The notes beneath the pieces were generated by a model that saw only the letters and a list, made by a program, of their open reading frames with translations, did not search any database and had not been told where the DNA came from. From assembly GCA_017457285.1 (NCBI GenBank), contig JAFTHT010000007.1:10631-74630 (forward strand): DNA of 64,000 nucleotides, in the 5' to 3' direction. Of the stretch, positions 1 to 9,042 are shown one piece after another. The stretch's first letter is position 1; each line of letters begins with the position of its first letter. A program made the position numbers and the translations under genes. This DNA comes from Oscillospiraceae bacterium. Its GTDB lineage: Bacteria; Bacillota; Clostridia; Oscillospirales; Oscillospiraceae.

Positions 1-544
1 CCCAGGTGACGCCGATGGTGGAGATGCCGTGTGCGGCGGCACCAAGGACATCGAAGGCGGTGTCGCCTACCATAATGGAATCTTTCGCATTGGTTTGCTC
101 TAAAAGATAGCCGATGACCTTTTCTTTGGAGTCCCGACTGCTGTCCATGGTAGCGCCGCAGATTCTGTCGAAGTAGGGCGCAAGGCCGTATTTTTCCAGA
201 ATGGCTATGGCCATGGATTCAGGCTTGGAGGTGGCCACATAAAGTCTGTGTCCCGCTTCTTTCAGAGCAGCCAGCAAAGCATGAATACCGGGGTAGGGGG
301 TATTTTCAAACATTCCCTTGGGCACATATCTGCTTCGGTAAATTTCGATTGCCCGCTCCACATCCTCGGATTTGACACCGAATTCCTGAAAAGTCTGCCG
401 TAGAGGCGGGCCAACAAAGACCCGCATAGCGTCTCGCGGGGGAACTTCCAGCCCCAGGGTACGCAATGCCAGTGCGGCGCAATTGATGATACCTTCTCCG
501 GCATCGGTCAGAGTTCCGTCCAGATCGAAAAGAATGTGCTTCAT
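1..544 (-). CDS. HAD-superfamily hydrolase (phosphoglycolate phosphatase/5'-nucleotidase-like), 3' end truncated by window
   Basis: Manual translation from ATG 544: MKHILFDLDGTLTDAGEGI (HAD motif I), VATSKPE, MVGDTAFDVLGA (motif IV); not in ORF track because it runs off the edge. Confidence 0.85.
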   Translation of the reverse strand, partial: MKHILFDLDGTLTDAGEGIINCAALALRTLGLEVPPRDAMRVFVGPPLRQTFQEFGVKSEDVERAIEIYRSRYVPKGMFENTPYPGIHALLAALKEAGHRLYVATSKPESMAIAILEKYGLAPYFDRICGATMDSSRDSKEKVIGYLLEQTNAKDSIMVGDTAFDVLGAAAHGISTIGVTW

Positions 545-545
545 A

Positions 546-2090
546 TCAGGCGGCATCTTTGAGCCGGTAGAGGTAATAGGTGTAATTGTAGTTTTCAAAC
601 ATCATGTCAGCAGTTTGGACCAGCTCATATTTGGAGCTGTTGCAATTGTATTCCTCCAGCCGCTTTCTGCGGGTGATGACAAAGTCTACCTTGCCGGAGG
701 AGATATAATTATACTGGGTCTGCCACATATCCGGTGCCGCCACGTTGAAGGTGCAGAAGAAGGGGCACACCGGCATACTATCCGCCGCAAAGTAGAAACC
801 GCCGTCCAGAAATCCGAAATTCAGGATGGTGGGGTTTACGTGGGTCAGGTGCATGGTATCGGCGAACTTATATTGGGGGAGGTCCTGTTTGTCATAATCC
901 ATCAAATAGGTGTTGGTGCTGGTCATATTGGCCAGGAGCAGGAAGTAGACGCACAGCAGGCCGGTGACCAGGTTTCGATGCAGACCGGGGTGGATTTGGA
1001 TGCCCCGAAACAGCTTGGATGCAAGCATAGCCCGCAGCGCCGCTGCCACCGCAACAAGACCAAAAATCGTGAACCCAGCGAACACCAAGGCATAGTAGAC
1101 GTAGCCCTTACCCATATAGGTGGTAATCATCAGGATATAGAAGCTCATGGCCACCAGCAGAAGATCTCTGGGCCGCTCCTTGGCGTTGATCAGAAGGTAG
1201 CTCAGACCGAAGAACAGGAAGAGGGGGAATACCTCATTCCTGTCCATGGCTGCGTTGAACATCTGCTTGACGTTTTCCATCAACGTCAGCTCCGATTCGG
1301 TGGGGTACAGGAAGATATTGTTATAGAAATAGCAGGTGTACAAATCATCCAAAGCCCGATTGACCAGGAAATAGGCGAACACCACAGCGGTGACGATACC
1401 AAAGCCCAGCAAAATTTTGCACAATGTCCGCAGCAGGGCTCTGGCATTGCGAATCCAACCTGCATACCAAATCAGCACGAACAGCATGACACCCACATAG
1501 AAGCCCACCATGGTATACTTTATCCAGAAAACCGCACCGATGAAAATGCCGTTTACCAGAGCCTCTTTGTCGGTCAGTCCACGGTTTTCATGGCAGGCGT
1601 TCAGAATGGAATACAGGGCATAGAGGAACATGAACAGACTCAACTGCTCGACGCTGCCGCCATGGGTGAAGGCGGCGGTGGTGCAGACGATGCAAGCCAG
1701 CCCGGCCAGGACAGGGTACACATACAGGCTGCCTTTACCCAGATACAGTCCCGCAAGCTTGCCGCTATAGTAGAGGAATAGGCCGAAGGTGATGACCTCC
1801 AGCAGATACTGTCCAAAGAAGCTTCGGTTGCTGAAAAGGGCAACGATGGCATAGATGAAGTAGAGGACCGGCCCCTTTTGCTCGTAGAGATCCACATAGG
1901 GAACCTTGCCGTGGAGCATACCCTTGCCGATGGTCATGTAGCAGTTCACATCCACCCAATCGTTCATGGGGTACAGCGGAGAACTCTTGGAGCAGAACAG
2001 CAGGAAAAGGGAGGAAAGCAGAAAGCTAAACAGCAAAAGTCTATGCCTTTTAATAAACGTAAAAATTGGCGATAAATCAATCTTCTTCAT
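546..2090 (-). CDS. Polytopic membrane GT-C-type glycosyltransferase (GT39/GtrII-like)
   Basis: Many TM segments; N-terminal SPLYPMNDWVD..Y...GK.ML.G.VPYVDLYEQKGP motif; overlaps GT2 gene; start taken at MKKID. Confidence 0.65.
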   Translation of the reverse strand: MKKIDLSPIFTFIKRHRLLLFSFLLSSLFLLFCSKSSPLYPMNDWVDVNCYMTIGKGMLHGKVPYVDLYEQKGPVLYFIYAIVALFSNRSFFGQYLLEVITFGLFLYYSGKLAGLYLGKGSLYVYPVLAGLACIVCTTAAFTHGGSVEQLSLFMFLYALYSILNACHENRGLTDKEALVNGIFIGAVFWIKYTMVGFYVGVMLFVLIWYAGWIRNARALLRTLCKILLGFGIVTAVVFAYFLVNRALDDLYTCYFYNNIFLYPTESELTLMENVKQMFNAAMDRNEVFPLFLFFGLSYLLINAKERPRDLLLVAMSFYILMITTYMGKGYVYYALVFAGFTIFGLVAVAAALRAMLASKLFRGIQIHPGLHRNLVTGLLCVYFLLLANMTSTNTYLMDYDKQDLPQYKFADTMHLTHVNPTILNFGFLDGGFYFAADSMPVCPFFCTFNVAAPDMWQTQYNYISSGKVDFVITRRKRLEEYNCNSSKYELVQTADMMFENYNYTYYLYRLKDAA

Positions 2091-3033
2091 AAGTTGTCCT
2101 CTCACTGATAATGTAACGAGGCCGCTGCTTGACCTCTAAATAAATCTTGCCCACATATTCACCCAGTACGCCGATGCAGGCCAACTGCACACCGCCAATG
2201 AAGCAGATGATGCAGGTCATGCTGGCCCAGCCAGGGACTGCGTTGCCGAGAATGGCCACTACGATGGACCAAATCACACCAATGAAGCTCAACGCGGCGA
2301 TGAAGCAGCCAAGGCCCATAATCATCCGCAAGGGACGGATGCTGAGGCTGGTGATGCCCTCGAAGGCCAGCTGGAGCATTTTTTTCAGAGGATATTTGCT
2401 CTCGCCAGCCAGCCGCTCGTGGCGCTCGTAGTAGACGCTGGTGCTTTTGAAGCCCACAAGAGGGAACATACCACGCAGGAACAAATTTACTTCCTTGTAA
2501 TTTTCGAATTCCTGCAAAACCTTGCTGGAAACAAGGCGATAATCCGCATGATTGTAGACGGTTTCGACTCCCATGGCCCCCAGGAGCTTGTAGAAGCCCT
2601 GGGCGGTGGCGCGTTTGAAAAAGGTATCGGTTTTTCTGCTGCTGCGTACACCGTAGACAATCTCGCAGCCGTTGCGGTACTGCTCCACCATGGCATCCAT
2701 GGCGTCAATATCGTCCTGTCCGTCGCAGTCGATGGAGATGGTGATATCGCACAGATCCTTGGCTTCCATCAGACCGGCCAGTACCGCGTTCTGATGGCCC
2801 CGGTTTCGGCTCTGCCGGATGCCGGTGAACCGGGCATCCTTCTTGGCGAGGCTCTGGATGATGCTCCAGGTTTTGTCCTTGGAGCCGTCATCCACAAAGA
2901 GGATGCGGCTGTTTTCGGCAATGAGCCCCTTGTCGGACAGACCCTGGAGCTTGGCCAGGAACATTTCCGAGGTGATGGGAAGAACTTGCTCTTCGTTGTA
3001 GCAGGGAATTACAATATATAATGTTGGTTTCAT
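2077..3033 (-). CDS. GT2 polyprenol-phosphate glycosyltransferase (GtrB/YkoT-like)
   Basis: VIPCYNEE, VDDGSKD, SRNRGHQ, DCDGQDD, two C-terminal TM helices, GEYVGKIY.EVK.RP. Confidence 0.9.
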   Translation of the reverse strand: MKPTLYIVIPCYNEEQVLPITSEMFLAKLQGLSDKGLIAENSRILFVDDGSKDKTWSIIQSLAKKDARFTGIRQSRNRGHQNAVLAGLMEAKDLCDITISIDCDGQDDIDAMDAMVEQYRNGCEIVYGVRSSRKTDTFFKRATAQGFYKLLGAMGVETVYNHADYRLVSSKVLQEFENYKEVNLFLRGMFPLVGFKSTSVYYERHERLAGESKYPLKKMLQLAFEGITSLSIRPLRMIMGLGCFIAALSFIGVIWSIVVAILGNAVPGWASMTCIICFIGGVQLACIGVLGEYVGKIYLEVKQRPRYIISERTTYEED

Positions 3034-3083
3034 AAAATCATCTCTTTCGGATGGAACTGTTACCGCGCGGTTGCGGCGAATAC

Positions 3084-4502
3084 TTACGGAAGCACCGGCA
3101 CCGTCACATCGGAGCGGAGCTTTTGCCGGAAAATCATGCGCCAGGTGATGCTGTCTGCCGGCGTATGCCGCAGGGAGGAAATGGCGAAATGACCGGCAGA
3201 GGGGACTTTATCCGTCAAAATTACTGCGGCGGGAGCCTCGGGGGTGCTTTGGAAGGGATCACCGGGGTCGCAGTCAACGATGCGAATCATGTCCTTGTCG
3301 ATGGCGGGTTCGATGGAATAGGTCAGCCGGGTATAGCAGCAGGGATGATTGCTCAGGAAATTGGGATCCAGAGCCTCCCGGGTGCAGGCTTTGACAGTCA
3401 GCGTATGGGTCTGATCGGTCACCGGATGGGAAAATACCATGCTTTCGCCGGGCTTGGGGGCCACGAAGCGGATGCCAGGCACCGCCGCGGGAATCGCCTC
3501 CAGGTTCATAACCATGGTTTGGATAGGGGGATTTTTGCCCTTGCGGAGGAAGTGGTCCCGCCGCAGCAGATAACCCTTATTTCGGTCAAGGCCGTAATGC
3601 TCCAGAGTACGGCGGGCGTTCCAGCTGTTTTCCACCGCCGGGTCCCAGCGCAGGACATGGGATTTTCTGCGGGGCAGGTCAGAACTGTTGACAGCCAGCC
3701 GGCTGATGACCTCGATACCCAGAGGGTCATCCAGCTTGCGACGCATCAGGTCCTCGGCGGATAAATCCTCGGGCTTTTGGCTACCCCAGACCAGATTAAA
3801 TCGGGCCATTTCCTCACCGGTGACCTCCAGAATGGAATCCACCACAATGCCGTTGTCGCATAAATAGATGGAGGGTACGAACCAGTTTTCGCCATGCCAC
3901 TGGAAGGCTCGTCCGACGGTGATTTCATTACCGATGCGGCTCTTTTCGCAGTATTCGGCAAAGCCAGTGCCATAGCCTACGTCCCACTTAACCATGCCGG
4001 GACGGATGGGACACCACTCGAAATAGTCCGGCCGCAGGGGCAGGCTGGCATAGTCAAAGCTCTGCTGAATATCCACGATATAGCCATAGGGATCAGCAAT
4101 TTTCGGCGGATGGTATGTATTTTCGATGGCTCGCATAACGGATCTGGTTTTGTGGTCGTTAATGACGATGGAATCCATCCGCTGCTGGAACAGACTGCGG
4201 CTCCAGGTGTGAGCGCCCAGAATCAGGGCCGCATCTTTGCTTACTACCAGCAAACCGATAAAATCCTCCAGGGATTTTGCCACAGGACGGACACAATCAC
4301 CGGGGGTAGCGGAGGGGTCCACGGCAAAAACCATGCCGCCGAAGCCCTCTACCTGGCAAAAATGCACTTCGGAATCCAGAGCCCAGGCCACGATTCTGGC
4401 GCCGGCGGGGGTGTATACGCTGCCGCTCTCCTCCGGACCGGTAATCAGTCCGAGAGGGGAGATGTCCAGGCAGGAATATCGAAATTTTCGGTAGGTCTTC
4501 AT
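3084..4502 (-). CDS. Hypothetical protein, possible SMI1/KNR4(SUKH)-like N-terminal domain
   Basis: 472-aa ORF overlapping the upstream gene (ATGA); VHFC...GMVFAVDP...PVAKSLEDFIGLL resembles SUKH-type domains (recollection only). Confidence 0.5.
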   Translation of the reverse strand: MKTYRKFRYSCLDISPLGLITGPEESGSVYTPAGARIVAWALDSEVHFCQVEGFGGMVFAVDPSATPGDCVRPVAKSLEDFIGLLVVSKDAALILGAHTWSRSLFQQRMDSIVINDHKTRSVMRAIENTYHPPKIADPYGYIVDIQQSFDYASLPLRPDYFEWCPIRPGMVKWDVGYGTGFAEYCEKSRIGNEITVGRAFQWHGENWFVPSIYLCDNGIVVDSILEVTGEEMARFNLVWGSQKPEDLSAEDLMRRKLDDPLGIEVISRLAVNSSDLPRRKSHVLRWDPAVENSWNARRTLEHYGLDRNKGYLLRRDHFLRKGKNPPIQTMVMNLEAIPAAVPGIRFVAPKPGESMVFSHPVTDQTHTLTVKACTREALDPNFLSNHPCCYTRLTYSIEPAIDKDMIRIVDCDPGDPFQSTPEAPAAVILTDKVPSAGHFAISSLRHTPADSITWRMIFRQKLRSDVTVPVLP

Positions 4503-5479
4503 GGGGTCATACCGTCCTTTTTCTGATTTTGCATGAAGATTTGTGGTGAAAGCATCAGGGGGTAGGAAATGGGCATGGAGCCCTCCAGATTCTCCTGATG
4601 CATATCAATGCCGTTGATTTGGCTGTTGGTGTAGGTGGTGTAGTAGTAGATTCCCAGCTCGGAATCACAGCAGCAGGAGTAGCGTGTGATTTCGTAGCGG
4701 CCGTCGTGCATCCGTACGCAGCCCCTGGGCATGGAAACAGACTCCAGAATGTGAAAAAATTGCCCTAAATCATCCCCATCGCACCGGGAATTCAGCTTCA
4801 CAAATGCAGCCCGGACGAACCGGGAGGAAGAAGAATAATCACCCGGCAGACCAATGCCACCCATGCCGTTGCTGTAGGGCTTCGGCTCGTATCCTTCGGA
4901 AAAACGGTTTGCGGCGGGGTGGATGGATACATTCATATAGTTGGAAAGATGATACAAATGAAAATCGAAGGGTGGTTCGTTGGTCAGCACACCAATCGGG
5001 TTTTCAAAAACACGAATCCCATCAGCCATGGGCTCCACCACGATGGACTCCTGCTGATCGGCGATAATCCAATGAAGAGGGGAGAGGGGAAGCTGTTCAC
5101 TGAAATGGATATCTGCCAAATTCAGCTTTTGCAGCAGAGGCCGGGCCTGGGCCACGCTGTCGCATTGTCCCAGAATCCATGGGATGAATTCAAAGGGGGC
5201 CACATTGTCCGCACCGCTGCGTACCGGCAGACATTTGGCGTTTCTGGGGAAGTTCAGGCCGGCCATGCTGAGCCCCTTTTCGTTGGTAGCCTCGTAGTAA
5301 AGGGGGCAATTATCGACCACCGTTGCCATGCCAATCATGGCATAATGGGTATCCATTGGGGGCATTTTGCGGAACCGGAAGGGGGAATTTCGCGGGGTCA
5401 CGGTGACGGATTCCTGATAACCATACTCCAAATCCAGGTTGCGCCCGAAATAGCGACCTTGACAGATGGCAGTACACAT
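4499..5479 (-). CDS. Choloylglycine hydrolase family (bile salt hydrolase / penicillin V acylase)
   Basis: Likely start MCTAI (N-terminal Cys nucleophile), GRNLD, NEKGL, GVLTNEP, GLPGDYSSSSRFVRA. Confidence 0.9.
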   Translation of the reverse strand: MCTAICQGRYFGRNLDLEYGYQESVTVTPRNSPFRFRKMPPMDTHYAMIGMATVVDNCPLYYEATNEKGLSMAGLNFPRNAKCLPVRSGADNVAPFEFIPWILGQCDSVAQARPLLQKLNLADIHFSEQLPLSPLHWIIADQQESIVVEPMADGIRVFENPIGVLTNEPPFDFHLYHLSNYMNVSIHPAANRFSEGYEPKPYSNGMGGIGLPGDYSSSSRFVRAAFVKLNSRCDGDDLGQFFHILESVSMPRGCVRMHDGRYEITRYSCCCDSELGIYYYTTYTNSQINGIDMHQENLEGSMPISYPLMLSPQIFMQNQKKDGMTP

Positions 5480-5654
5480 GGTGATAGCCCCCCAAAATAC
5501 GATAATACAGTATATAGTATACCACCAATCCGTCGGTTTTACAATGGGTATTCCAAAAAATTGCTTCATTTTCAGTAAAGTAAAATGAGTCTTGCATTTT
5601 TCGCCCCTGGGGGCTATACTTGAGTGTAGAATGATTATGGCAGGAGGTCTGACT

Positions 5655-6521
5655 ATGAAACCAATTGTATATTTTTCACCGGTGATTTCCCCGGAAAAGG
5701 TGCTGGAGCTGTACCAAAAGGTTGGAAAATCTCTGCCCGGTAAGGTGGCCATCAAGCTCCATTCCGGCGAAAAGGGGAATCAGAATTTTTTGAAGCCTTA
5801 TTTTTGGAAGCCCATTATTGATTATGTGGGCGGTACCGTTGTGGAATGTAACACTGCTTACCAAGGGGAGCGCAATGTGACGGAGCGGCATGTACGGCTT
5901 TTGGCTGACCACGGCTGGAGCAAATATTTCCCTGTGGATTTGCTGGATGCTCAGGGGCCGGATTTGGAGCTGGATATTCCCAACGGTAAGGTAATCCGGA
6001 AGAATTATGTTGGAAAAGATTTGGAAAATTATGATTCTATGCTGGTTTTGTCCCATTTCAAGGGTCATCCCATGGGCGGCTATGGCGGTGCGTTGAAGCA
6101 GCTGTCCATCGGAGTCGCGTCTTCCTTTGGTAAGGCTTATATTCATGGAGCCGGAGAACCGGAGAAAATCTGGACCGCCGACCATGATTCCTTCTTGGAG
6201 TCCATGGCGGATGCTGCCGGATCGGTGATTGAATATCTGAATGGAAATATCCTTTATATCAACGTGATGAAAAATATGTCCGTGGACTGCGACTGCTGCG
6301 CCGTGGCGGAGGACCCCTGCATGGCCGATATCGGCATCCTGGCCTCTACTGACCCCATTGCCATCGACCAGGCCTGTATTGATTTGGTCTACGCCTCCAA
6401 AGACCCTGGCCGGGACCATCTGCTGAAGCGCATCGAAAGCCGCAATGGCATCCATACCATTGAAGCCGCCGCTGCTTTGGGCTACGGCAGTCGGGAATAT
6501 GAGCTGGTTACGATTATATAA
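5655..6521 (+). CDS. DUF362 family Fe-S protein
   Basis: KVAIKLHSGE, SHFKGHPMGGYGGALKQ, SVDCDCC, DIGILASTDPIAIDQAC; GGAGG RBS before MKPIV. Confidence 0.8.
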   Translation: MKPIVYFSPVISPEKVLELYQKVGKSLPGKVAIKLHSGEKGNQNFLKPYFWKPIIDYVGGTVVECNTAYQGERNVTERHVRLLADHGWSKYFPVDLLDAQGPDLELDIPNGKVIRKNYVGKDLENYDSMLVLSHFKGHPMGGYGGALKQLSIGVASSFGKAYIHGAGEPEKIWTADHDSFLESMADAAGSVIEYLNGNILYINVMKNMSVDCDCCAVAEDPCMADIGILASTDPIAIDQACIDLVYASKDPGRDHLLKRIESRNGIHTIEAAAALGYGSREYELVTII

Positions 6522-6536
6522 TTAAGATTGAAATAG

Positions 6537-6573
6537 AAAATCGACAAATCTCGAAAGGGATTTGTCGATTTTT
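6537..6573. terminator. Intrinsic terminator (bidirectional-looking)
   Basis: aaaatcgacaaatc-tcgaaagg-gatttgtcgattttt hairpin after the DUF362 gene. Confidence 0.7.
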
Positions 6574-6631
6574 GAAATACAGTAGAGATGATTCGTTTCG
6601 GGATTCGAACCCTTACCTCTAATATTTATAA

Positions 6632-6726
6632 TCATCCCCGAAGGGGATTCCACAATTATTCATCATTCATTAAGAAAATCCTGTCCAGAATGAATAATGA
6701 ATGATGAATATTGAGGAATGAATAAT
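6632..6726. repeat. Heptamer-repeat inverted element (TTCATTA/TAATGAA-like) with atccccgaaggggat hairpin
   Basis: attattcatcattcatta ... aatgaataatgaatgatgaatattgaggaatgaataat. Confidence 0.55.
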
Positions 6727-6728
6727 AC

Positions 6729-6768
6729 AAAAGAAAATCCTGCCGATAAATCGACAGGATTTTCTTTT
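6729..6768 (-). terminator. Terminator abutting the displaced tRNA-Leu 3' fragment
   Basis: aaaagaaaatcctg-ccgataaatcga-caggattttctttt. Confidence 0.7.
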
Positions 6769-6790
6769 GGTGGGCGAGGCGGGACTTGAA
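6766..6790 (-). repeat. att site: 25-bp duplication of the tRNA-Leu(CAG) 3' end
   Basis: tttggtgggcgaggcgggacttgaa identical to 14698-14722. Confidence 0.9.
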
Positions 6791-6922
6791 GCCGGGTCAC
6801 GACACCTGACCTGCCGTTGCTAGCCATCGAGTTTCGGGTTCTTGGGATGGCAGTAGCCGACTACTGGCCGACGTGGTATCCAAAACCCGGTTTCGCAAGG
6901 TTTACCGACTCCTGCTGGCTTC

Positions 6923-7177
6923 TCAAACGACCTTGCTCGTGTAAACAAGTTCACCGATCTTCTCTGCTGCTTCCTTCGCAGAAGACGGCAGGACATGGCT
7001 GTAAATGTTCATGGTCGTGGAAATGTCCTTGTGGCCTAAACGCTCCTGGGCTACTTTGACGTTAACACCCTGCAACAGCATAATGGACGCGCAGAGGTGT
7101 CTGAGGTCGTGGAACCGACACTTGGGCAGACCTGCTCTATCCTGCAACTTGGTGAGCATCTGATCTGTGCAACACAT
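6923..7177 (-). pseudogene. Tyrosine recombinase/integrase C-terminal fragment
   Basis: RFHDLRHLCAS...AQERLGHKDISTTMNIYSHV (HxxR, LGH, catalytic Y); N-terminal part missing. Confidence 0.85.
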
Positions 7178-7236
7178 AAAGGGCGGTGACGGACTGTGCC
7201 GCCACCGCCCACTTTCAGCGCTTCTTCAGAATGCTC

Positions 7237-7405
7237 ACTGAATGATCCCGCTGGTGGTGATCACGTCGGTGATGGGGGCAGTGAAGAAGAACCGCAGGGT
7301 GGTCTCAGACTTCAGGATCAGAGATGCGGAGCAGGACTTGGCCAACTCCCTACCCTGGCCGGCACCGGTTTTGAAGCCGGAAATGGTAACGCCGGAGTAA
7401 AGCTA
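7237..7405 (-). pseudogene. Remnant of a surface-protein C-terminal domain
   Basis: Manual translation YSGVTISGFKTGAGQG...SASLILKSETTLRFFFTAPIT; no start codon; followed by a hairpin at 7178-7216. Confidence 0.4.
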
Positions 7406-7488
7406 TGGCGTATTTGTGAATTTATTCTAAAAATTATTTCTTGTGGAGCAGAGAACGACGATTGCCTGAGCGAACCAACAATGATGGA

Positions 7489-8880
7489 TCAATCGATTTC
7501 TATCCATTCATTGCTGCAATTGATGTATCCGATAGTATCATCGCAAAAGGCATAAAGATAATCACCAATCTGAGCTATTTCGCTGACGTTGGAAGCAATC
7601 GGCAGATTTTGATTGCCGTCATAACGGTAAAGCTGCTCATTTACAATATAAAATATTCCGCTACAGTCAGGGTGAAATGCAATAGAATTGATATCCGCAT
7701 TGGTAATCAAATTACCATTGTTGCCATCGAAGGAGTACAGGCCATCCTCGGTGACATAGTAATAGTCCATGCGGTATGGGTCAACAAGGATGCCTTCAAT
7801 TGATGCGTCTGGAATGGTAGGCAGTTCTATATGCTCCTCCCGCTTGATATCTAAAATTTGCTGGTTACCATCGCAATCAGAATAATTCACATAAAAGATA
7901 TCAAAATTCGAGATGCCATAAGTAAGATCAGAACCCAGTTGATAGCTTTCTGTCGGATCTTCTTCGATACGCCACAGGGAATTGTCATCACCCTGATAAT
8001 ATTTCCCAAATAAATCCCAAACCGGCAGTGTGCTGCCAAGGGGTTCCATTGCACAAATGCACGTTAGCTTCTGATCGCAGACCTTCCCCCCAGGTTCTCC
8101 ATTTGTAGAAATAAAAGTCACGTCTCCTTGACAATATAGCACCTGGGTATGGTCAGCATTGAAACATATATTATCCAAGCTATCATTGCTGTTGCTCAGG
8201 ACGGATTTTCTTCCGGAATCATCATAACTCAATAATGTGCCATCGGTCTTGTCAATCACATAGATCTGCTCTCCATCAGCAGACAAGGCCAGCAGTTCAA
8301 ATTCTCCCTGATCAATGGTAATCTGCTCTTCGTATTTGCACAGCACCAAATTACCTGTCTGGTCTTCGTAATAAGCAACACTTTTGCCATCAGGAGCAAT
8401 AACAAATTCGGGATTTTTTGAGGTGCTCAGTTCATAAATCGTCTCACTTTTCGACGAAATATCATAAAGGTGAATCTGCTGATCCTCATTGATATAGGCA
8501 ATTGCAGTGCCATCTGCCGACAGAGCATGATATTCCTCGGCGTTATCTGCCAGCAGTGTAACTTCGCCGTCAACAAACAGATAAAGTGGGCCAAAGTCAT
8601 CAAAAGCCATCACAGAACAATCCAGACTGTACCCCATCGAGTTTACGCCACCAAATGTGCTTACCACCCGGTCTTTATAGATGATTTTTCCCTGCTCGTG
8701 ATTAAAAATAAGGGGTGCCTGTTGCCGAATGTAGCCATTGGTTTCATGCATACCAGCGTTTGTGGAGCTGTGATTTTTGCCGGAACGATTACTTCCGGAG
8801 CTTCCTTCAGAGCAGGCGAACAGAGTTACCGCCATTGCCAGGCAAAGGAGCATAGCGGCAATAATTTTCAGATGTTTCAT
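7489..8880 (-). CDS. Lipoprotein with probable beta-propeller (TolB/WD40-like) fold
   Basis: Lipobox LFAC, Ser/Gly linker, repeated LSADG.AIAY / IAPDGKSVAY / FNADHTQVLY blades. Confidence 0.7.
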   Translation of the reverse strand: MKHLKIIAAMLLCLAMAVTLFACSEGSSGSNRSGKNHSSTNAGMHETNGYIRQQAPLIFNHEQGKIIYKDRVVSTFGGVNSMGYSLDCSVMAFDDFGPLYLFVDGEVTLLADNAEEYHALSADGTAIAYINEDQQIHLYDISSKSETIYELSTSKNPEFVIAPDGKSVAYYEDQTGNLVLCKYEEQITIDQGEFELLALSADGEQIYVIDKTDGTLLSYDDSGRKSVLSNSNDSLDNICFNADHTQVLYCQGDVTFISTNGEPGGKVCDQKLTCICAMEPLGSTLPVWDLFGKYYQGDDNSLWRIEEDPTESYQLGSDLTYGISNFDIFYVNYSDCDGNQQILDIKREEHIELPTIPDASIEGILVDPYRMDYYYVTEDGLYSFDGNNGNLITNADINSIAFHPDCSGIFYIVNEQLYRYDGNQNLPIASNVSEIAQIGDYLYAFCDDTIGYINCSNEWIEID

Positions 8881-8912
8881 ATAGATCCCTCCCGGATTTA
8901 TCTTGTGCCCTT

Positions 8913-8982
8913 ATTGTAGTCAATGAATAACACGCTCACAACAGGGGGTGGAGTTTACGGTAGAAATCCGGGAGTGAACGGT
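8913..8982 (-). promoter_or_regulatory. Putative LytTR-activated promoter of the lipoprotein gene
   Basis: On - strand accgttcactcc / accgtaaactcc direct repeats (21-bp period), then cccctgttgtg, TACAAT 31 bp after the second repeat. Confidence 0.75.
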
Positions 8983-9042
8983 AAAAAATCCTTTTCTTTT
9001 ATGGGCGTGTATGCTATAATTTGACAAAAAGGGGGGCTTGAG

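Noticed and set aside
483-1781. Long antisense ORFs (e.g. 483-1781, 11602-13254, 30474-31997, 42355-44265, 53575-54975, 60185-62404)
   Set aside because: Shadow frames opposite well-supported genes, expected with high-GC codon bias; no recognisable motifs
5480-5755. Extended starts of BSH (5755) and DUF362 (5592)
   Set aside because: They overlap each other across a divergent promoter region; Cys2 and RBS positions give 5479 and 5655
6855-6900. gccgac direct repeats as integrase arm sites
   Set aside because: Only 6-bp matches, with no convincing counterpart at the other island end
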